The position numbers and the translations under genes are program-made. From a virus, in IMG/VR virus record IMGVR_UViG_3300044846_001842, positions 1-64,000 of that record: a DNA stretch of 64,000 bases. One strand, written 5' to 3'. The notes under the pieces are model-generated. The model was not told the origin of the DNA and did no database searches. It worked only from the letters and a program-made list of their open reading frames with translations. Below, in pieces: positions 58,120 to 64,000 of this stretch (position 1 is its first letter; each line of letters starts with the position of its first letter).

Positions 58120-59263
58120 CTAATGGGGTTAAACCTGCTTCTTGAATTTCTCTTTCTTCATTAAAACCATTCTCACTATGGTAAATATAAAGGTCTAAGA
58201 GTTGTTCAAAGCCCTTAACTTCATGTTGAATAATAGCAGTTGCCATAGCATCTTCATCAAACAGATTAGTGTCTATTAAAGATATAGCTTTTCTGCCATA
58301 TCTCCCCATATTTAGGAGAGATTTATCTACTATAAAGTTTAAAGGTTTTCCTTGAAATGAAGTAGATTCTACTACAAATTGGAAAGGTTTAATCACATCA
58401 CTTCCTTCAGGAACTGCAAAGTGTGAATGTAATGCTAGGGTGTACCAAGCAGCTTGAATATCATATCTTCTGGCTTTGATACTACTAGGGAAATAATAAG
58501 TATTTCCATTCATAGTTTTCAAATCAATTCCTGTGATAGAAAGAATTTTTCCTTCAATATCTCTTTCTACAATAACCATGTCTAACAATCCTTTACATTG
58601 TACTCCTCTGTACTCAAAGTAAATAGGAAACTGATAATAAATTGTTATGTGTGGTAATGCTTCAAAAGAAGCCCTATCAAAGAATGCTGAGGTTCTAGGA
58701 TTATTGCATAAAGATATTACAATACTTGCAATAGTTTCTGCTTGTGTTTTGCTGATAACCCTTTTCCCAAAGGCTTTGCATAAATCCATGAAATACTCAG
58801 TTCCAGGTTCAATAATATTCTTTAACTTGGCATCTGCTCCCCATCTAGGTTGCCATTCTGCTCTATCACAGGCATCTAGAATATAAGTAGAGTGATCTTT
58901 CAAATCACCTACAAATTCTACAAAAGAAGTTACAGGTAAAGGCTCTTCCTGTCCCTGTATTACTTCTAAATGCTCTGCATAGTCCTGCAATAAATCTTGA
59001 TGAACTGCTTGCAAAATTCCTATTACAGTTTCAGAAGGAAGTTTCTCCACTCCTGAAATGTAATACTCTGCCTCAAAGGCTTCTTTTGAGTTAGTTAATA
59101 TACAATCTACTGCAGAACCTATAACAAAATGCTCAGCTGAGGAGTCTTCTACTTTATGAAAGGACCCTAAGTCCCCCAGTAATCTTTTTAATTTTGATTG
59201 ACCTAATGCACTAGACTCATAATATTCTAGTACTTCTTCCTTTGTGGCTACTATTACTGACAT
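58094..59263 (-). CDS. PD-(D/E)XK exonuclease (RecE/Exo VIII-like)
   Basis: QSKLK, IGSAVD, CKGLLDMV, IDLKT and YDIQAAWY motifs. Confidence 0.8.
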   Translation of the reverse strand: MSVIVATKEEVLEYYESSALGQSKLKRLLGDLGSFHKVEDSSAEHFVIGSAVDCILTNSKEAFEAEYYISGVEKLPSETVIGILQAVHQDLLQDYAEHLEVIQGQEEPLPVTSFVEFVGDLKDHSTYILDACDRAEWQPRWGADAKLKNIIEPGTEYFMDLCKAFGKRVISKTQAETIASIVISLCNNPRTSAFFDRASFEALPHITIYYQFPIYFEYRGVQCKGLLDMVIVERDIEGKILSITGIDLKTMNGNTYYFPSSIKARRYDIQAAWYTLALHSHFAVPEGSDVIKPFQFVVESTSFQGKPLNFIVDKSLLNMGRYGRKAISLIDTNLFDEDAMATAIIQHEVKGFEQLLDLYIYHSENGFNEEREIQEAGLTPLVVSWDGIV

Positions 59264-59766
59264 GCTACATACTGTTTAATGATTACTTGTTCTTTAAAAT
59301 GGTCAAGTGTCATGCCTACAACAGTTTTAAACTCAGAGTTCAAGTCAAACTTGAAGTCCTTCATCATAGAATACTCTAAATCAGGACTTTTACTTCTAAA
59401 TACATCAAACTGTGTTGAGGACATATACACCATTTCCATGTCCGGAGTTCTTTTAACTCCAGGCTTACCTTGCTTGTAATGAAACAATACACAAGGTCTT
59501 TTTGTAACTTCATCTTCAGGGGGAAACATAGCAGTAATGGATGTTGCCATCATAAATAACTCCTTTCCAGGATTCATATTTTTTTGGACACCAGCCTTAA
59601 TCTGCACATTGAAAGGAATGTACAACAAGTCAATCTTTGCATTGTCATGTTTTTTACTTCCAAATCTAGCAGTTTCACAGAATGTAAAGCCTAGTTCTCT
59701 AAAGAATTTGGCGTAATATCTTTCTGCAGAACTGCCCTTTCTTTTGTTTGTGGCTCCTAATCCCAT
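59254..59766 (-). CDS. Holliday-junction-resolvase-like PD-(D/E)XK nuclease
   Basis: NKRKGSSAER..RELGF..IDL..FNVQIK pattern. Confidence 0.7.
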   Translation of the reverse strand: MGLGATNKRKGSSAERYYAKFFRELGFTFCETARFGSKKHDNAKIDLLYIPFNVQIKAGVQKNMNPGKELFMMATSITAMFPPEDEVTKRPCVLFHYKQGKPGVKRTPDMEMVYMSSTQFDVFRSKSPDLEYSMMKDFKFDLNSEFKTVVGMTLDHFKEQVIIKQYVACQ

Positions 59767-59813
59767 ATAAGATTTTTAAAATTATAACTAAAAAACTTAC
59801 ATACCTTTTGGAA

Positions 59814-60743
59814 TTATCCTTCATCATCAATTAGTTCTATTGGTCTAGTGTCAGTCCTTAGTCTTGAGCCTGTTTCAAAACTTCCTCTTGTAGTATACAC
59901 TTCCACAGGTAACGTAGGAAAATCTTCTGAAGAAACAGTCAAGTTAACATATCCAGACTCTGTATGGGCAGAGTCTAAAATATTGGATTCTGTTAAAAAT
60001 AAATCAGGAATTTCTTCAATAGGATTGACAGATTCAAATAATAGAGCTTCTTCTTCAATAGGTAATTCCTCATTTTGAGTTTGTACTTCTAGTTCATTAA
60101 ATACATAAGAGTCCTCTTCTTCTGTATATAAGAATGTTGGTAGTACTTTACTCATGTACTCTTCTAACTGGCTAACAGAGTTAGCTTTAGGGATTTCAAA
60201 TACGTCTGCAAAGGTATTTCTTTCAATTTCTTGAGAGGTAATCACTCTGACCTCTATACCTTTTTCATAGCAAGACATTAATATTTCTTTTTGAAATCTT
60301 CTGTTAAGTGAAGCAAGATCTGGATTAGTAAAAAAAGATGTGGAGTAAAACAAAACAAAATCTTTATAGTCAACAGAGTTGACTTCTTCCCGATACCTTA
60401 TTTCAGAGAATTTTTTAGTATCTGGGTTTAAGTATTTTTCTCTAGGCATTGCAAAAACTATCATAGGTATCCCTGTTTCAGTAAACATGACACCTTTAAC
60501 AAAAAAGTATATTCTTTTCCCTATAGTTATTTTTGTTGGAGAAATAGCTAGTTCTAAAGCATCTTTAATATTCTTAAGCGTATTTGCTTTTTTTAAATTG
60601 CCTGATTCTAAACAAGGTTTATGATAATACCCTTCCTTTGAAGTTTTAAAGGCAAAAATAGGAATATATTTATTTGCTGTTATAGGAGTTTTAAAAAATT
60701 TATCTTCTATGTGATAGCCTACACTTTTTGGATTTGCTATCAT
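59814..60743 (-). CDS. Hypothetical protein translationally coupled to ThiF
   Basis: ATGA overlap with the ThiF stop; acidic C-terminal tail. Confidence 0.55.
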   Translation of the reverse strand: MIANPKSVGYHIEDKFFKTPITANKYIPIFAFKTSKEGYYHKPCLESGNLKKANTLKNIKDALELAISPTKITIGKRIYFFVKGVMFTETGIPMIVFAMPREKYLNPDTKKFSEIRYREEVNSVDYKDFVLFYSTSFFTNPDLASLNRRFQKEILMSCYEKGIEVRVITSQEIERNTFADVFEIPKANSVSQLEEYMSKVLPTFLYTEEEDSYVFNELEVQTQNEELPIEEEALLFESVNPIEEIPDLFLTESNILDSAHTESGYVNLTVSSEDFPTLPVEVYTTRGSFETGSRLRTDTRPIELIDDEG

Positions 60744-61336
60744 AATTCTGAAGCAGAATAATTCATAGGAACTACAAATTCATAGTAGAAAGGAACTTCT
60801 CTGATAGTTTCTCCACTATAAATGTTAGCAATATGATTAGTAAAATAGGAAGTCATAAGAGTTCCTATCATAGCTGCTGTATGAGAACTTTGCTTCATAG
60901 TACAAGGGGCTTCCTCCACTATTGAATCATGAAACAAATGGTCTTTTTCATACCTGTCAGCATTTTCCGGAGTAACACAGAATATCTGTAATTGCTCTAT
61001 CTCTAGTCTACCATCTATGAAGATTGGAGTCACCCCTGGTGGAGCTATACTCCAGGACTTCTTCCAGACATGAAACAATGCATTTCTTGCCTCCATGTTA
61101 TCAAAAGCAGAAAACATAAAGTAATGTGTCATTGTATTCATATCAATTCTCTCATTGAATGTAGATATAGGAGTATTACAAAAAGAGTTTACAACTCTTG
61201 CTACTGCTGTTACTTTAGCTTGACCTAAGTCAGTCTGCATAAATAATTGACCACCTAGATTATGGTCTTCTACAGTATCAAAGTCATAGAGGTTAACTCT
61301 AAAACCTATCTTAGTTAAGAAATAACATAACCAACT
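60740..61336 (-). CDS. ThiF/E1-like adenylyltransferase, exon 2
   Basis: SWLCYFLTKIGFRVNLYDFDTVEDHNLGGQLF is in frame with the 166-aa ORF; GQAKV, AFDNMEAR, IDGRL, EEAPCTMKQ. Confidence 0.88.
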   Translation of the reverse strand, partial: SWLCYFLTKIGFRVNLYDFDTVEDHNLGGQLFMQTDLGQAKVTAVARVVNSFCNTPISTFNERIDMNTMTHYFMFSAFDNMEARNALFHVWKKSWSIAPPGVTPIFIDGRLEIEQLQIFCVTPENADRYEKDHLFHDSIVEEAPCTMKQSSHTAAMIGTLMTSYFTNHIANIYSGETIREVPFYYEFVVPMNYSASEL

Positions 61337-61551
61337 CGACGTATCTACATATTTCTATATAGGTCGGACTATATCTTCACCCTTATAGGGTGGGGGACAC
61401 TTTTTCATTAAGGGACTAACCTTAATTACTTCCTGTTATTAAGCCACATTGCTGTGGCTCAGGTAGTCTCTGAACCTTCCATCTCTGATGGCTTGGCTGC
61501 TGATTAACAACTTAGTATAAGCTTTTTTCTCACTTATATACCTTAGTGGCT

Positions 61552-62358
61552 TTAGTCTTCCAGCAATTCATCCCCTCCACCAATAGTATTACTACTATTG
61601 GGGGCAGTTATAACTTGGCTCATTTTATTACAACTTTTACATTTTATCCTTGTTTTCCCATTTCTAAATCCATTATAAGAAGTAGACAGAGATAAACATT
61701 TAGGACATTGTATCCTTTCTTTTTGTTCATATTCTGCAATTACATTTAATTTTTCATATTTTCTTTGTAGAAAAATTGAAGCTTCCTTGTAAATATATTC
61801 TCCAAATAATTTAGAGACAGAGTAAGAACTTGTGTATAATTTATAATAATCCAAAGTTCTTAAACCTATTCCTTTAAAAGAACAAGTCAAATTTACTGGA
61901 ATTCTGTTATCATACAATTGTTTAATTATTTCTGTTATAAGAGTAAAAGATGTTCCTCCTATTTCAATTTTTAAATTAAAAAGTTTTTGAGAATACACAC
62001 TCCCATCTCCATCAAAATAACCTCTTATGAAATGGTTCATAAATTGTAAAGGAATATGATTAAGAGAAAGTAATTCCCTATTAACAGAAGATTTTAAACA
62101 AAAAACTCCCTTTTCTAAAAGATCTTTTTTAAGTTTTTTAGAAGTGCAATCTAGCTTATATGCTTTTGCATGAGATTTTCTTATTGTAAAAAAAGGAAAA
62201 ATTTGAACAAGTTTTTGTAAAAGCATTAAATCTTGTTCATGTAAAGTGATACCACAATTATTATTAGCAGAACAAACATACCCATCTGCGTAAAAAAGTC
62301 CTAACAAATATGCTTTTTCTTGTGTATCAAGTTGTTGTAATTCATTTGCATATTTCAT
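61552..62358 (-). CDS. Intron-encoded LAGLIDADG homing endonuclease with C-terminal Zn ribbon
   Basis: YLLGLFYADG and FIRGYFDGDG motifs; CPKC..CKSC. Confidence 0.9.
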   Translation of the reverse strand: MKYANELQQLDTQEKAYLLGLFYADGYVCSANNNCGITLHEQDLMLLQKLVQIFPFFTIRKSHAKAYKLDCTSKKLKKDLLEKGVFCLKSSVNRELLSLNHIPLQFMNHFIRGYFDGDGSVYSQKLFNLKIEIGGTSFTLITEIIKQLYDNRIPVNLTCSFKGIGLRTLDYYKLYTSSYSVSKLFGEYIYKEASIFLQRKYEKLNVIAEYEQKERIQCPKCLSLSTSYNGFRNGKTRIKCKSCNKMSQVITAPNSSNTIGGGDELLED

Positions 62359-62378
62359 ATTTTCTAAGTTTTAGAATA

Positions 62379-62410
62379 CAAAAATACAAACTATAAATGA
62401 GATATACAAA
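62379..62410 (-). promoter_or_regulatory. Intron-internal promoter TTTG-N20-TATTTTTG for the endonuclease
   Basis: -33 at 62407-62410, -7 at 62379-62386, 20 nt upstream of the ATG at 62358. Confidence 0.65.
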
Positions 62411-62417
62411 TATATCT

Positions 62418-62519
62418 ACCAATACCACCTGCACCACCCACCATACACACTTCATTATTTCTAGGGAACCAAGGGGCATCTTTAAATCTAGACTGTTGGG
62501 TTGTGCTATTTTGTCTCAT
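62418..62519 (-). CDS. ThiF/E1-like adenylyltransferase, exon 1 (34 aa)
   Basis: MRQNSTTQQSRFKDAPWFPRNNEVCMVGGAGGIG with the GxGxxG nucleotide-binding loop; start overlaps the JAB stop; spliced product 232 aa. Confidence 0.88.
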
Positions 62520-63753
62520 TTTCTATAAATTTGTTTATCATTGCATTAATAGTTTTAATAGTCAGCCCTATCTCTGGATAAAGTTGTTTTACATCTTCTA
62601 GCAAATCTACAATTTCATGAGTGTACTGCACAAATTCAGCAGCATTAGCATTAGGAAAATGTTGAGCAAAGTTCTTAGCATAATCATTAATTACAGATTT
62701 TGCTATTTCTTGAGGCGTTAACTCATACTCAGCTACAATGTCAAGAACATCTTCAATAGTTTCTTCTTCCTCTAAGGGACTATTAGTGTAACTAAATAAA
62801 GACTTAGCAAAGTTGTAGATAGACATAGTTTTTAAATCTTCTTCTTCTAAATCATCAATAAGATTACCAGGAACCTCCCAATCTTCAAAAAGTTTTTTTT
62901 GATTATTTTTAAGATTTTGTGTAAAATTTTTGTTCCAGCTTTCCATTTCTCTTTCTTCTTGAGATTTAAATTGCTTAGAATTGTTTTTATTGGGGGGATT
63001 ACTAGAAGTTCTTTGCCATCCTTGTCCTATTTTAAGAAGGTCTGGAGTAGTAGGAAAGTTAGATGCTACTTTTTTTACAGGTTTAGGCTCCATGATTTTT
63101 GCTACTTGAGCTGAGAACTGATCTGTCACTAAGATTGTAGTCTTAGGAGCATCAATATCACAATCATAGATAAACAACTTCTTAGTGTTAACTTCAAAGT
63201 CTTGTTTTTCAATGATATAATCTTGGCCTTGTACATTTTTAGCTGTATAAGGAACCTGTTTAATATCCTTCTTAGCTTCTCCAATAAAAGCAACTTTGGC
63301 AATAAAGTCCATATAGTTGTTTACAATAAGAGAAAGATAGAAGTTATGTGCTGGAGCATTGTCATTAAGCTCTGCCATATCTGTACCTGAGAAGAAAACT
63401 GCCATGCTGTGATGACTGTGAACATGGCCTAGTTTCCAAGTACATCTTTCTTCAAAATCTTCTTCAATGAAGTCAATAAATCTATCATCAAGATGGTATT
63501 CAGTATAAGCTGAACTACCCATATCTAAAGGAAGTATTGTCTTTAAAGTAATTTTGAATGTGCCAGGTTTTTCAATACTACCTTCTGTAGTATAAAATAG
63601 AGCACCTGACCACTCTACTTTTGGTATGTTTTTACACAGATACTGAATCTGATGTAATACTTCTATTGGCATTACCAAGGGAATTGTGAATTTTAATTCC
63701 ACTCTGGATAACTGCTTTGCTATAGATTCTTGACTCAAGCTGGCTAAGGACAT
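62506..63753 (-). CDS. JAB/MPN+ (JAMM) metallo-isopeptidase
   Basis: VEWSGALFY catalytic Glu and GHVHSHHSMAVFFSGTD (HxH-x7-S-xx-D); start codon uncertain. Confidence 0.88.
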   Translation of the reverse strand: MSLASLSQESIAKQLSRVELKFTIPLVMPIEVLHQIQYLCKNIPKVEWSGALFYTTEGSIEKPGTFKITLKTILPLDMGSSAYTEYHLDDRFIDFIEEDFEERCTWKLGHVHSHHSMAVFFSGTDMAELNDNAPAHNFYLSLIVNNYMDFIAKVAFIGEAKKDIKQVPYTAKNVQGQDYIIEKQDFEVNTKKLFIYDCDIDAPKTTILVTDQFSAQVAKIMEPKPVKKVASNFPTTPDLLKIGQGWQRTSSNPPNKNNSKQFKSQEEREMESWNKNFTQNLKNNQKKLFEDWEVPGNLIDDLEEEDLKTMSIYNFAKSLFSYTNSPLEEEETIEDVLDIVAEYELTPQEIAKSVINDYAKNFAQHFPNANAAEFVQYTHEIVDLLEDVKQLYPEIGLTIKTINAMINKFIENETK

Positions 63754-64000
63754 GTTTTAAAAATTTAGGATAAATAATAAGGTTTTCTAAAGAAACAATA
63801 GCTTCATTTCTTGTGTCTTCTTTAATTAATTTGGCAAACACTTTCTTGCCTCTAAAAATAGTGTATTCTCTAGGAAAAGTAAATTCAAAACTTCGCTTAG
63901 GTTGTTGCTCAGCTCTTCCTTGAAGAAATTCACTAAAAGTATTAGGTACTCTGGAAACTAAAATGTTTTTATATTGGTCAAAAGTAAAGTTTTGTAATAC
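63632..64000 (-). CDS. 3' part of a longer gene running off the window (possibly the E2-like member of the JAB-E1 cluster)
   Basis: Frame is open from 64000 (VLQNFTFDQYKNILV...) through the 69-aa ORF; function inferred only from context. Confidence 0.5.
   Translation of the reverse strand, partial: VLQNFTFDQYKNILVSRVPNTFSEFLQGRAEQQPKRSFEFTFPREYTIFRGKKVFAKLIKEDTRNEAIVSLENLIIYPKFLKHVLSQLESRIYSKAVIQSGIKIHNSLGNANRSITSDSVSV

Larger units (their letters stand above)
61337..62417 (-). ncRNA. Group I intron (IA2-like), 1081 nt
   Basis: P GAAUUGCUGGAAG, Q AAUCAGCAGCCAAG, R UCAGAGACUAC, S AAGAUAUAGUCC; P3 GGGGAU/GUCCCC; exon ends in U, intron ends in G; removal restores GGAGGIG-SW. Confidence 0.92.

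Noticed and set aside
60740-61240. Treating the 166-aa ORF as a truncated ThiF pseudogene
   Set aside because: The missing N-terminus is present as exon 1 plus 32 in-frame codons upstream, joined by intron removal
51175-63390. Short + strand ORFs opposite the - strand operon (51175, 53476, 54459, 58647, 59279, 59848, 60379, 62899, 63202)
   Set aside because: Antisense shadows with no recognisable motifs; only the HNH ORF has real domain signatures
1-64000. Stop-codon reassignment as in some Crassvirales
   Set aside because: Standard code gives full-length, densely packed genes; TAG and TGA act as genuine stops
1-64000. CRISPR array, tRNA or rRNA genes, IS elements
   Set aside because: No spaced repeats, cloverleafs or transposase motifs seen; intergenic gaps are mostly under 100 nt

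Overview
This is a 64-kb segment of an AT-rich crAss-like (Crassvirales) phage. The host is probably a Bacteroidota/Flavobacteriaceae species, judging by TAnnTTTG promoters and the lack of Shine-Dalgarno sites. The + strand (1-50836) is the virion module: TerL, portal, probable scaffold, major capsid protein, ring/auxiliary capsid and fibre proteins, holin, IHF-like protein, a spanin-like pair, the muzzle protein and four large ejected cargo proteins, one of which is a 4340-aa virion RNA polymerase. The - strand (50873-64000) carries DNA metabolism and accessory genes: MazG-like protein, DNA ligase, GroES-like protein, Tad1 anti-defence sponge, RecE-like and resolvase-like nucleases, ThiF/E1 and JAB. 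Four things stand out. (1) A spore-photoproduct-lyase-like radical SAM gene is fractured by a naturally split intein, with an HNH endonuclease gene lying antisense between and across the two halves. (2) A group I intron interrupts the ThiF/E1 gene and carries a LAGLIDADG ORF in its P1 loop. (3) JAB and E1 form a phage-encoded ubiquitin-like module that continues past the window edge. (4) CpG is extremely depleted, and the surviving CpGs are biased towards CCGG. All family assignments come from motif recognition by eye; no searches were run.
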